A stretch of 63,927 bases of DNA, the filler included, from Octopus bimaculoides (Eukaryota): NCBI RefSeq assembly GCF_001194135.2. It is 6 parts of 6 records of this genome, joined end to end, with 100 filler letters (N's around TTAATTAATTAA, not from the genome) between each part and the next. Parts side by side here need not be neighbours in the genome. Positions count along the whole stretch, not along the records: positions 1 to 13,014 come from NC_068981.1; 5 more parts are not named here. One strand, 5' to 3'. The notes beneath the pieces are model-generated. The model was not told the origin of the DNA. It ran no database searches and worked only from the letters and a program-made list of their open reading frames with translations. How positions within the stretch are numbered: the stretch's first letter is position 1; each line of letters opens with the position of its first letter. The position numbers and the translations under genes are program-made. Shown here in pieces: positions 1 through 11,994 of the stretch.

Positions 1-27
1 ACGTAGCAATAATTTTCAGCCTTTGAA

Positions 28-263
28 GGCGGTGAACTGACAGAAACGTCAGCGCACCGGGCGAAATGCTTAGCGGTATTTCGTTGGCCGTTACGTTCTG
101 AGTTCAAATTCCGCCGAAGTCGACTTTGCTTTTCATTCTTTCGGGGTCGATAAATTAAGTACCAGTTACGCACTGGGGTCGATGTAATCGACTTAATACG
201 TTTGTCTGTCCTTGTTTCTCCCCTCCGTGTGTAGCCCCTTGTGGGTAGTAAAGAAATAAGAAA
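28..263 (+). mobile_element. tRNA-derived SINE, family A, long-tail form
   Basis: Head ggcggtgaactgacagaaacg, B-box-like gagttcaaattcc, core ttcggggtcgataaattaagtacc and tail gtagccccttgtgggtagtaaagaaataagaaa; homologous copies at 18442, 23022, 27076 and 56289. Confidence 0.85.
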
Positions 264-400
264 TGTTAGCACGCCGGGCATAATGCTAAGCGGTATTTCA
301 TCTGTGTTTACGTTCTGAGTTCAAATTCTGCCGAGGTCGACTTTGCATTTCATCCTTTTGAGATCGATAACTTAAGTACTAGTTGCATACTGGGGTCACT
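264..400 (+). mobile_element. SINE family A copy lacking its first ~20 nt, joined directly to the preceding tail
   Basis: tgttagcacgccgggc...gagttcaaattctgccgaggtcgac...ctggggtc repeats the body of 28-263. Confidence 0.8.
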
Positions 401-424
401 CTCATAAGTGAGCAGTTAAACACT

Positions 425-687
425 TTTTTCTTCCTTAAAGCCTAGCCAGGCTCATGGGCCCGGTTTCTTTGACGTATGTGTTCCCCCCACCAGCTTGAGC
501 GTTACTCAAGAAACAAGATGAGTGAGAGAAAGAGTATAACAGGGGTCGCCACCACCCCCTGCCGGAGCCTTGTGGAGCTTTTAGGTGTTTTCGCTCAATA
601 CACACACACAACGCCCGGTCTGGGAATCGAAACCACGATCCTCCGACCGCGAGTCCGCTGCCCTAACTACTGGGCCATTGCGCCTCC
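425..687 (-). mobile_element. Mosaic SINE (family B head plus family D tail) with 13-bp TSD
   Basis: Head matches 1640-1810 and tail matches 11030-11130; gcagttaaacact flanks it at 412-424 and 688-700. Confidence 0.85.
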
Positions 688-1430
688 GCAGTTAAACACT
701 AGGGTCAATATATTTGACTAATACCTTCCCACCAAAATTTCTGGCAGTGTGCCTATAGAGGAAAATAAGAAACCGAAGGGTTACTCAATGCCTTTTAATA
801 GAGTAAATACAAATCAATTTTTTTAAGGAAAAATATGATGTACATACGCTTGTTTAGTAACAATTTGTGCGTTGTACATAATTTTGAAAAAGTTTAGCTT
901 TGACGAAGCTATTCTTGTTTTAATATGGAGGAAATATTTTCCGTTTTATAATGAATCATGTATTGCTCCATGTTATCAGCTTGATGCAGTCTTATCTCTC
1001 GTTTTACGGCATTCGCTAATATTCCAATATAATATTCGTTTATTTAAATAAGAGGAATTAGTAGAAATGTTAGAAGACTTTGAATGAATGCCTTGCAGTT
1101 TTAAATCACATCTCTACTCATCCTGATTACAAGGTTGATAAAATAAATGCTTTTAATATATTGTGGTAGATTGAATTACCCACATTGGCTTATAATGCTT
1201 TCGTACAAAGACATGAATGATTAGATCGAGTTAATAAGTAACTTGTTGACTACCCAGTTCATACCATGCCACGTTAGTTTTTGTCATATTTTCATTATTA
1301 TTGTTATTTTAATGAGCATTACACCGATTTCGATAAATGTGATAACCATGAAAAAAAATCGTTTTTCAGAGAGCGGAAATGTTTTCAACTAGCAATAACC
1401 ACGCCTCGGATTTACTTCATTGGCCATAGT

Positions 1431-1810
1431 TGTTAGCACTCCGTCGCTTACGACGTCGCGGGGTCCAGTTGATCCGATCAACGAAACAGCCTGCTCGTGA
1501 AATTAACGTGCAAGTGGCTGAGCACTCCACAGACACGTGTACCCTTAACGTAGTTCGCGGGGATATTCAGCGTGACACAGTGTGACAAGGCTGGCCCTTT
1601 GAAATACAGGTACAACAGAAATAGGAAGAAAGACTGAGAGAAAGCTGTGGTGAAAGAGTACAGCAGGGTTCGCCACCATCCCCTGCCGGAGCCTCGTGGA
1701 GCTTTAGGTGTTTTCGCTCAATAAACACTCACAACGCCTGGTCTGGGAATCGAAACCGCGATCCTATGACCGCGAGTCCGCTGCCCTAACCACTGGGCCA
1801 TTGCGCCTCC
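1431..1810 (-). mobile_element. Full-length tRNA-derived SINE, family B, with 13-bp TSD
   Basis: On the minus strand: A-box tggcccagtgg and B-box ggtttcgattcc; TSD cattggccatagt at 1418-1430 and 1812-1824; body matches 17109-17379. Confidence 0.9.
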
Positions 1811-2306
1811 ACATTGGCCATAGTACCGCCTCTGTATTTCAGAGAGTGGATATACTTACCAAAGACAATTCCTTGCATTCACTAAATCCCACATGCTGAT
1901 TGAAAGGAGACTGACAAACTGTCGAAAACTCACTGTATTTATTATATAACCTAGGTCGATTTTTTTCCATTAAATAAATCAACTTTAAAATATTATCGTT
2001 AAGATCCCACCAAAAGTACCCAATTCTCTCATATCATTAGACTCAATAATGAATTAGTAGGACTCATGGAGCACGAACTATTTAACCTTCGCTTGCCGAA
2101 AGAACATGTTACCGATAACATGATAGAACAAGGCATTTAAATTTTTTTCTATGTTTTCGCCGTAAAATCTTACCAGCAGAAGATACTTGACGATTTATGG
2201 AATTAGGATAAGAAGAATCTAGGTACTTATTCAGAAATACTTAGTTTTTATTGGAAAAATAAACGCAGTAGGGCCTATCTACGTATTAGTTATAAATGTT
2301 TTGTAA

Positions 2307-2508
2307 CGCGGTGAGCTAGCAGAATCGTTGAAATGCTTAGCGTTATTTCGTCTGCCGCAACGTTTTGAATTCAAATTTCGCCGAGGTCGACTTTACCATT
2401 CGTCCTTTTGGGGTCGATAAATTAAGTACCAGCTAAGTACTGTGGTCGATGTAATCGATTTGCCCCTTCCCCCAAAAAATTTCAGGCTTTGTACTTATAG
2501 TAGAAGAA
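2307..2508 (+). mobile_element. SINE family A, short-tail form
   Basis: gcggtgagctagcagaatcg...ttcaaatttcgccgaggtcgact...ggggtcgataaattaagtacc. Confidence 0.8.
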
Positions 2509-2808
2509 AAAAGTTTAAATGTTCTGTAGCGCAAATTTCGTAAGTCATTCTGCGATAAGTGAATAGTGAGAGAACCAAGGTATACAACCCATAGATTCAC
2601 CGACAAAACACTGATTGATCCTGTGAGATCTACACAGAGAATCCTGATATTAATTAGGTTATCGCATACTATTGCAAGATGAAAGATTTTTCCAACTGAA
2701 TCCTCACTATCAACTACCAAAATATATAAAATTGCATGATTAGGCAGTGGTCACAGGAGAAAAGAGGAACGTAAATCCACTGTAACATTTCCTTTCTTGT
2801 GTACTCAT

Positions 2809-2811
<3 letters not shown>

Positions 2812-2899
<88 letters not shown>
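2812..2899. repeat. (CA)n microsatellite, about 44 units
   Basis: Uninterrupted CA run. Confidence 0.95.
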
Positions 2900-2902
<3 letters not shown>

Positions 2903-3623
2903 AGAAACCGTATTTGGTAGATCATCAACAGATTTTCTTTTCTGTTTTTCCTTGTTTAGAATATGCAAGATAGTTATTTAAGTACTTTGTTACCGATTAA
3001 AAGCATTTCTTGTGGATAAGAAATACGACTAAATAGGATTGGCCCTTAAAAGAATATTTTTGGCAATATCTGTAATCGATTACCCCACAGGTCAACTCTT
3101 CCCGAGGCATGCTATCAGAATATTCCAGTTCTATCAGTCTTGCTTTTAAGGGTATTGTAGTAGGTGAAAGCGATCTAGTTACTCATGGACAACATGTAGT
3201 TTCAAATGTAAACTCGAAAAAGCAAACAAAAGTATTTAAGAATTGAATATGATGTTGTATATCTGGATGCCTAAGGGGGATTAGATATGCTCCGAGAGAT
3301 ACAACAGAAATGGCAGCAATAATATTCTCTTTATTGAAATGTTCAGGTGGTCTATAAAAATGACAATTTTAATTTCTCTGTTAGAGAAATTCCTACAAGA
3401 AACTGAACATGGTACCATTGTCTAACAAAGCACTCAAAGACTTCATTGTGATACGACATATATTATTTGTCTGATACTTTATAATAGTTACTGATACATC
3501 CTTCTATATGTGTCCCAGAGTTTTGTTTATAACCGGCAGATACGATGTACGGTTCGTTACAGGAAACGTGCAACAGAACTCTTGTTTGCTTCTCATAATT
3601 TCTAATCTCAATACATGTGACTA

Positions 3624-3826
3624 TGTAGGTGTGCTGAAAAGTTCCTGGCTTTAAGGGCGTGGCGAAAAGCCTGGTTGGAGGCCCAACCTTCCGAGTTCTT
3701 TTACAAGGCTTAGAAAAACTGAAGGGCAGCTGTAATAAGTGTGTGAATCTGAGAGGGAAATCATAATTAACTGATCCTCCTGTGTTTTCTTTTACCCAAA
3801 GCCAGGACCTTTTCAGCATCCTCTCC
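3624..3826 (+). mobile_element. Mariner-derived miniature element (MITE)
   Basis: TIRs gtgctgaaaagttcctggcttt / aaagccaggaccttttcagcat; TA at 3622-23 and 3827-28; the interior resembles a mariner transposase C-terminus (WLEAQPSEFF, frameshift, QGLEKLKGSCNKCVNLRG). Confidence 0.8.
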
Positions 3827-4415
3827 TAAGGATTTTGTGTAAACACATACTAGCGGCAGAATTTCGTCAGGGGGAGATCCTTTTGAGACGTCGAATGTTA
3901 TAAAACATTGAATGCCCCAAAACCAGATGAAACGAATTATTCCTGTAGGTAGACGGGAACGGTGGATATCGATGTCTCTGTTACTTCAGCTCATGGATAC
4001 CGTATACTCGAGGGACGCTCGAAATGCATTCAAATCGCTGTTTTACTTCAGCAGATGCATTTTATGCTATTTGCATACATGCCTCCGACCAGCGATTTTA
4101 TTTCTTTTCCAGGATACTGAAAAGGCCAAAATCTACTGATTTAAGGGGTAGAGCTTCTTAAATTTTGAAAAGCCGTATCTGTAGCATATATGACAGAACA
4201 CACTAGACTAGTTGATTTTCTTTTGTTGAGTTGAAGGTTGTAGCAAATATCAGAAATAAGTTTAAATACCTTCAAAACCTTTTCAATACACCACAATATA
4301 AAGGCTGTTTCTGAAATTATAGAAAATAAAAGTTACTCTAAATTATAATGACGACAAGTAAACCGAAACATTAAAATTTCTGCAGTTTTCCCTTGTAAAA
4401 CTGAGTGAACACACA

Positions 4416-4457
<42 letters not shown>

Positions 4458-5505
4458 NNNNNNNNNNNNNNNNNNNNNNNNNNNNNNNNNNNNNNNNNNN
4501 NNNNNNNNNNNNNNNNNNNNNNNNNNNNNNNNNNNNNNNNNNNNNNNNNNNNNNNNNNNNNNNNNNNNNNNNNNNNNNNNNNNNNNNNNNNNNNNNNNNN
4601 NNNNNNNNNNNNNNNNNNNNNNNNNNNNNNNNNNNNNNNNNNNNNNNNNNNNNNNNNNNNNNNNNNNNNNNNNNNNNNNNNNNNNNNNNNNNNNNNNNNN
4701 NNNNNTAATATGTTTAACGTATACCAGATACGTTATTGCAATAGGTATGTACAGAATGCAGTTGAAGAATATACTCCACATGAAATATATTCAATTAGGT
4801 CATACTGCTGACTATAGAGACTAGAAAATGTAAACAAGGTTCCGTGGTTAAATCGGTAAACTAGAAATACAAGCGAGTTAATAATCGATTGGAAAAGTAA
4901 ACTCTGACCCTTGTTCATCCCATGTGTGTTCAAACCCCACCATTCCAACACTAATAGAATTATCAACGAATAGCCGATAAATAAGTTAATTATAAGAATG
5001 AACTTCGATAAAATGCTATTAACCTTATTATTCATTTAATTAAAATAGCTTTGAAATAAAGTTTGTAATGGTAAAGGAGCGGTACCTTTGTGTTCGATCA
5101 TGGGGATTGTGGCCTCTTAACTGTATGCCATACCTTTGGCCGCAGTAAAGCTTATTTTTTTTCTAACATGACTATTTATTGTTCTCAATTTTTCGTTCAT
5201 TCGCAGTCAGAATGTGACATCACAAGGGAAATGACAAATGGACAACGTAGCGTCTGATTATACATATATACACACATATACATACATATGTGTGTGGTGT
5301 ATTTCTCTGTATGTGGCGGGTGTATGTGTGTATATGTTTGTGTGTCCTTTCGTGTTAAAGCATTCGTTCGTACGTAATGAAGTTTTCTTGGAATATTTGA
5401 TAGCTGGTGTATCAAATGACAGGGAAATGTGAACATTACAAAAATATACCAAAGAAATATACAAATGGAACGGTAAAAGCAAATTGATTTAATAAAAGAA
5501 AAATA

Positions 5506-6710
5506 TCAGGCTGAGTAAAAAGTATGCAACGTTTTGAACCATGAAGAATTTGTATCGGATTTTTGCAGAGTTTGGAGATCAAATTGCCCAAAGGCATCAA
5601 TATTTTTTTTTCAACTGTCAAAGCGCGATATTCGAGCAATTTTGCTATTCTACTTCAAAAAAGGACGTGAAGCAGCTGAAACTGCTCGCGATATCAACGA
5701 AACGTTTGGTCAGGAAATGACCAGTGAGTAGTTAGCGCGAAAATCATTTAAACGATTTCGCAGTGGAGACCTGAGGCTTGAAGTTCGTGAGCGCAAGAGC
5801 CCCCATCAGTCATCGATGACGGACAATTGAAGACTGTCATTGAGAAACATCCACGTAAAACCACTCGAGAACTGGCGAAAGAACTTCAAGTTAACCAGAA
5901 AATGTCTGCAACCATTTGCATGTCATCGGAAAATCAAAAACGCTCGACAAATGTGTACCACACGATTTGAAAGAAAATCAGAAAATGGGCAGATATGAAA
6001 TTTGCTCGTCGCTTCTTCTCTGTAACCAGACCGATCCATTTCTCGACTGTATTGTAGCTTGCGATGAAAAGTGGATTTTGTACAATAGTAAAAAACGTTC
6101 TTCACAGTGTTTGAACGAAAAGGAAGCACCGGAAAACCTCTCCTAAACCCGAGCTCTTCAAAAAAACGGTAATGGTGACTTTTTGGTGGTGTACTGCTGG
6201 ACTCATCCACTATAACTTCTTAAACCCGGAAACACCATTACTGCAGAAACATATTGCCATGAAATTGCCAAAATGAACGAAAAATTGCTACGCTTCTGTC
6301 CCAAATTGTTCAACAGAAGAGGGTCACTCATTCTTCGTGACAATGCTCGACCACACGTTTCACTAATGCCGCTCCAGAAGTTGAAGGAACTTGGCTACGA
6401 AGTTCTTCCCCACCCAGCTTATTCCCCAGAAACTTTCTCCTACTGAATATCACTTTTTCAAGCACCTTGATGTTTTCCTGCGAGAGAAGGAGTTCAAAAA
6501 TCAAACCGATGCTGAAAGCACGTTCAAAGAGTTCATCAGCTCCAGAACTCCAGATTTTTATGTTACCGGAATAAACAAACTTGTAACTCGTTGGCAAAAA
6601 TGTGTTGATTGTAATGGTCCTTACTTTGATGCATAAAATTTCCGCATTGTTGAAATATATTGTGATTAATTTCATGTTTCAAAATATTGCATACTTTTTA
6701 CTCAGCCTGA
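5506..6710 (+). mobile_element. Full-length mariner DNA transposon (1205 bp), decayed
   Basis: ~40-bp TIRs tcaggctgagtaaaaagtatgcaa... / ...ttgcatactttttactcagcctga; TA duplication at 5504-05 and 6711-12. Confidence 0.95.
5606..6636 (+). pseudogene. Mariner D,D34D-type transposase, disrupted by stops and frameshifts
   Basis: HTH region KRDIRAILLFYFKKGREAAETARDINETFG; catalytic motifs DPFLDCIVACDEKWILY and DNARPH; a frameshifted YSP-L-PTEYHFFKHLD motif; C-terminus FYVTGINKLVTRWQKCVDCNGPYFD. Confidence 0.93.
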
Positions 6711-6749
6711 TACATCAATATATAAAAATAAACGTTCGTTAAAAACACT

Positions 6750-7900
6750 AAAACAGATTTTCGTATTTGGAAAAGCATGCTTAAAAGAGCTACGAACAAA
6801 ACAACTTTAGTAAGCTAATCAGTTTTCTGTTATCTGCTCTTACAGAGGCATTTTTTGCATTTCGCTTGCAATGAGCCAACATTGCAGCGCAGTTTCAAAT
6901 TTCGTGAGCACCGTTTAATTCCTGTTTGTGGTGTTGTCAATAAGAAAGTCCCATTTCTCCTTTCATCTTGCTCTCTCGTTAAAATTGTATCTAAATTTTT
7001 TCCAAGGACGTGGTTCTCTTGTTACAAGAAGAACGCAAATGGCATCCCTCCCTACAACTGCGTGATATCTCTTTATAAAACACAGAAAATATATCAATAT
7101 CGCCCACTCTTTCTCAATACTATTTAAATCTTTAACTAGTTTCAACTTGAGAGCTGTGGACTTGCTGGGGCACTGCCGTTAGATTTCTTTCACCTTCACT
7201 ATTTGAAAACTCCTCTGATATGTTGCATTTGGCGAATGTGAGAGTTCTATGCTGCTGCCCACATCTGCGTTTCCTACCGCGAGGTAGTTTCCTCCTCTTT
7301 TTTGGTGGTAATCCAGTTTTGTTTTGAATACACCTACATCCACCCCGTGCGGGCCTCAAGCTTTTCTCAATACTTTTCTTAGATATGGAAGAAAGGATTT
7401 GTGCATGATCTTTACAGGCCCTCTGAGTCTAGCGAGGTAGATAAATTCCTGTTTAAATAGTTTCAAGTTAACGGCTAAGAGGTAAATATAGGCATAGAGG
7501 ATATTTTGTTCAGCAGTTTCTTTTCTCGCAGAGAGCAAATGCTAGTACATAACGCTTAGTGTTTCAGATTAGCAACCTTGCAGTGCATCAAGACATTTTT
7601 TTTGTATTGTAGCAGTGCATATTTCCTGTAAATCTGTGTCATGCTTCAGGATTTTCCTACCATATACTGTCTTTCTCTTTGGAATTGCACTTGACTCTTA
7701 CAGTTACAACTCTGTATTCTGAGCATGCATGCCCACTGAGAATGAGGGATCTCTAGTCTTTGTCAAAGCATCCTTCTAGGAGAAGGCTAACTCGTATATA
7801 AAACCCGCAATCTACCGAGCCGGATATCTTGCACTTAGCTTTTATCTGGGTTTCTTGGTATTGCTAATAAGAGCCGTTGTGGTGTTGTACAGGCCGCACT
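6750..7900 (-). mobile_element. RTE-clade LINE fossil: end of endonuclease plus linker, in inverted orientation
   Basis: Minus-strand SEYRVVTVRVK near 7700-7735 resembles the APE-endonuclease SDHRxV motif; the extension down to ~6750 is much more decayed and tentative; interrupted by the insert at 7122-7362. Confidence 0.5.
7122..7362 (-). mobile_element. 5'-truncated CR1-like LINE 3' end with 12-bp TSD
   Basis: Minus-strand HGVDVGVFKTKLD, then EETTSR*ETQMWAAA*NSHIRQM, resembling the FKxxLD...PDEP...RAAxSNSL ORF2 end; TSD tttctcaatact at 7110-7121 and 7363-7374. Confidence 0.75.
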
Positions 7901-7913
7901 CGATTTAAAACTC

Positions 7914-8600
7914 TTGCAATGTCATTGCTGACGCTCTATGACGATAACCTTTTTTTTGCAAAACTATTATAGTGTTCAATATTTCGAATGTATTTGTTGG
8001 CTATTGCCCTGGATGATGCAATACGCCAAGCAACGGGTAACATACAAGAATGCTTGGGATCGACAGATCATAGTGTGTACCATTTATCATCATTACCGAC
8101 TTTGACCTTGTTGATGATATAGCACTTATTTTCAATGAAAGAGAACAAGCGCAAGAGCTGCTCAATGGTGTAGAGACCACAGCAAGTGGTCTCTACATTC
8201 ACAAGCGAAGGTATCTCTATACATGTTCTTCAATCAAAACAACGACCATAGATCTATAAGCAATAAACGAATCAAAAAGGAATTCAGTTGAATATTTTAG
8301 GTATCCTGGTAGCTGGATAAACAGCTCCGATACTGATATCAAAGTAAAAAGAACAAGCTTGCACAGCGTATCCCTAGAAAATATGGAAGTCAAGGTTGTC
8401 AAGGAGAATAAAAATCAGACTGGTCCTTGTATGGGACTCACAGCATGGTAAATGCATGCACGGAGACGTCGTCTGACATTTATTAATAACTTGAAGAGGA
8501 AAACAGGATTGGATTTTATCCATGAACTGAGGGTGGCAATGATGACTCGAAATGTTTGGCAAAATGGCTTCGTTTTCGGGGACCGGGTGGTATCCCGATT
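7914..8600 (+). mobile_element. RTE-clade (RTE/RTEX-like) LINE fossil: reverse transcriptase and C-terminus
   Basis: YLLAIALDDAIRQA; TDFDLVDDIALIFNEREQAQELLNGVETTA (the YADD region); VEYFRYPGSWINSSDTDIKVKR; KIWKSRLSRRIKIRL; RRRLTFINNLKRKTGL...ELRVAMMTRNVW; many frameshifts and an internal deletion. Confidence 0.85.
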
Positions 8601-9452
8601 AAAGTGAAAGCGAAATAAAATATTTGCATGTAATATTTACAACATAGTTTAGTGCTAGTATTAAGAACACTGCAATCAACATACTTTTGCGTATCAAGTC
8701 ACATGTGAGATAATTGTTACTGTGAGAGTTGCCGACAAAAATTATTGCGTGTGTATGTATCTTTACCTATGTGTGTGTGTGTGTGTGTGTGTCCGTGTGT
8801 GTGTGGGAACGTGGTGTGACAATTTATAAATACTTATCTACATACACAAGCACAAATGTACATATATACATACAGATATATATGCGTTTAAGAATGTAGG
8901 AATATATGTATATTGTGTCTGTGTTCGTGTGTATATGTGTATGTATAAGTATTTATATGCTTATATTTAGATATCTTTATCTGTTTATATGTGCGAGTGA
9001 ATGTGTGTGGTGTGGTGTCTAGAGTAATTTGGTTTGCTATGAAATTAGAGCGATATCGACAGAGCAACTTTTTCCCATATATAACTACATTTACTTAATA
9101 TATTCCCATCTTAGTTTAAATAATTGGTTAATGATTATTGATAATGAAGATATTGCTGAATTATGATCATATCGATGCTATCGCTTGCTTTCAGTTATCA
9201 TACTGTAGGTTGTGAACAAGATATTGAAATATAACCAGAAAAATTGATTTAAATAGCGTAAGCGATAATTAATCTAGTTAACAACGCAATTTTAATAAGG
9301 ATTAGATATATTCTAACATAGCTGATCTTAAACATAATGTTTGCAATATCAGCATTTCAATATCCTTTCCGAAATCTATAATCAATGGTCAAATGTATAT
9401 ACGCCGTTTATAACCGCTGAATTTTATCGATCATTATTTTTGAAACGTGTTA

Positions 9453-9845
9453 GGCGGTGAACTAGCAGAATCGTTGGCACGTTAGGCAAAATGCTTAGCA
9501 GCATTTCGATTGCCTTTACGGTCTGAGCTCAAATTCCGTCGAGGTCGAGTTTGCCATTCATTCCTTCTGGGTCGATAAAATAAGTACCAGCTAAACACTG
9601 GGGTCGATCTAATCGACTTACAACGATGAACCAGCTGTATCGTTAGTAAACCAACCAAAATGCTAAGCGGTATTTCATCCGTCTTTACGTTTTAAACACA
9701 AAAGCCCCCTGGGTCGACTTTACGTTTCGTCCTTTCGGGGTCGATAAAATCAGTCGATACAGTACCAGTTGAACACTAAGGTCAATGTAATCGACTTAAC
9801 CCCCTCCCCCAATTTGCTGGCCTCGTGCCAAAATTGAAACCAGTG
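9453..9845 (+). mobile_element. Two tandem family A SINEs
   Basis: The core gtcgataaaataagtaccag...ggggtcgat occurs twice (9571-9610 and 9737-9790), each behind a tRNA-like head. Confidence 0.75.
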
Positions 9846-10774
9846 TTACATAGTATTTTAGAAATATGGATTTCTAATATTTGCACATAGTTGCATATTT
9901 GGAAAGAGAGTATACGCGATTAAATTTATTCTAATAGTTTACCGGTATCTTATTTTATCGAAAGCAGTACCACATAATGCATATTTTACTTTGATTAGTT
10001 TTGTAAAGGATTATAATCAAATGCAGTAAGGTACTTTTTTCGGTGCTCTAACGTCCCTGCTTATACAGATCCTTTTGTACTTAGAAAATGTTGGGTAATA
10101 TATCAACGGGTATTTGAATAACAAGGAATATATTCTTTTTCATATTACTCTCAATTGTTCTCGGGATTGATAACCATAACCTACTTTAGTCAAGTTAAGA
10201 AGTGAGTTCCTACACTTTCGCTAGATCTACAAATAGTAGTAAAACGCCTTAAAATTTGAAATAATTAAAATTCCATCGATACACATATTAGCCTTTGATA
10301 ATTGAGCCTTGATTATGCTGAAGCGCTTATGAACAGACGTTTACTCAATCATCACTGACCTGGAGCTAAACGACACCAACAGCAATGAATGGACTAAAGC
10401 TCCTGTAAATTCTTGTGACTAACACATTCTAAAACCTCCTCGATAGATACGTTTCCTACTTCACAATTAAGGAGTGAGAATTTTGTACCAAAAATGGCAT
10501 CTTGCTCGATCAATATATCAATATATTGACTGTAGTAAATGTAATTCATAACCAAAATTGCTGTTGTGAAATTACAGAGAATAATTTTTAAAGATAAGCT
10601 CAGAATTGCAAATTTTTAGCAGTTTGGTATAATCAATGAAATCTATCACAGCACACGACGCTGCTTATATTTATAAACATCTGTGAATATAATAATGCCA
10701 GATTCAGGACTCGATGGGATTTCAATTCAAATCATAAAGAGATGTTACGAAATTTCGATTTTAATTTTTTTTCA

Positions 10775-10972
10775 CAAGGCCAGCAATTTCGAGAAAGAAG
10801 GTTAAGTCAATTACATCAACCCCAGTCCTCACTTGGTTCTTATGTTATCGATCCCGAAAAGATGAAAGACAAGGTCGACCTCGGCGGAATTTGAACTCAG
10901 AACGTAAAAACGGATGAAATGCTATTATACATTTTTCCCGGCGTGGTAACGATTCTGCCAGCTCGTTACCTT
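10775..10972 (-). mobile_element. SINE family A
   Basis: Reverse complement of the A body: gtcgacctcggcggaatttgaactcagaacgtaa. Confidence 0.8.
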
Positions 10973-11020
10973 TGGATGGTATGAAATTTTGCTGAACTTC
11001 TTACAAAAGTCTTTTAATAT

Positions 11021-11277
11021 AATAAAAATAAATGCGCCCTTTTAAAGCCTAGCCAGACTCATGGGCCCGGTTTCCCGGTTTCAATGGCGTATGTGTTACC
11101 AGCTGAACGGGACGCCAGTCCATCGCAGCGTTACTCATTTTTGCCAGCTGAGTGGACTAGAGCAACGTGAAATGAAGTGCTTTGCTCAAAAACACAATGC
11201 GTCGCCCGGTCCAGGAATCGAAACCACAACCTTATGTTCATGATACTGACACCCTAACCACTAAGCCACGCGCCTCC
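11021..11277 (-). mobile_element. Full-length tRNA-derived SINE, family D, with TSD
   Basis: Minus-strand head ggaggcgcgtggcttagtggttaggg and B-box ggtttcgattcc; cttttaatat at 11011-11020 and 11280-11289. Confidence 0.85.
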
Positions 11278-11994
11278 AGCTTTTAATATTATGGTATTTC
11301 ATAAATAACAGCAATTAAGCGTGCAATATGCTGTTCAGATAGATGGAAATATACCATGTGTGGTGTAAATTTTTAAAGGCATATTTAGAATTAACTGAAG
11401 ATAAGTTGCGGTCGTAGTAATCTTGAGGTTACTGATAAAAACGATAATAATCTTTATCAGTATTGCATTTTACTTCCTTTTCAGATCTTGTCTTGAAACA
11501 GTTTTGAATAACGTTTATCAAGAATTAAATAAATAAATAAATAGATAAATAAACTTTTTAACTGGAAAAACTAAAGATTTTAAAGAAAGTTTATGTTGGC
11601 AAGTAGTCGAAAGATTAAAGTTGCATCTTGGGGAGGAAACTGAACGATGAAGTAATGCTGAGATATTTGACAACTTTAAGATTAATATCCATTGTTATAT
11701 TTAGATCTAATAAATTAAGTATTCTTTCTAACCCTAACCAATTCATGGCCGTTCACATTCCTAGAAATATTCTGCTATCCGATATATGACACTGTATAGA
11801 AATAATTCTTGGTTATGCAAATATCAAGAATGCAAATATAGAAATCAATAATTTCACAAATATCCGTGTCATTATAATTATACAAAGAAATACCAAACTA
11901 TTCCACCAATAACTAGACTCAAAAAGAGTTTTCAATGAGGAGAAGAGTTTTCCTTGAATGACTGGTAGTTCTGATATTACAATTTACTGACAAA

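Noticed and set aside
1740-1810. tRNA-like A and B boxes in SINE heads as tRNA genes
   Set aside because: They continue into SINE bodies with TSDs, and I could not form a complete cloverleaf
2433-2720. Minus-strand ORF containing IHLSQNDLRNLRYRTF, which resembles a leucine-rich repeat
   Set aside because: It is a single imperfect repeat, the ORF runs into a SINE, and there are no convincing splice sites or neighbouring LRRs
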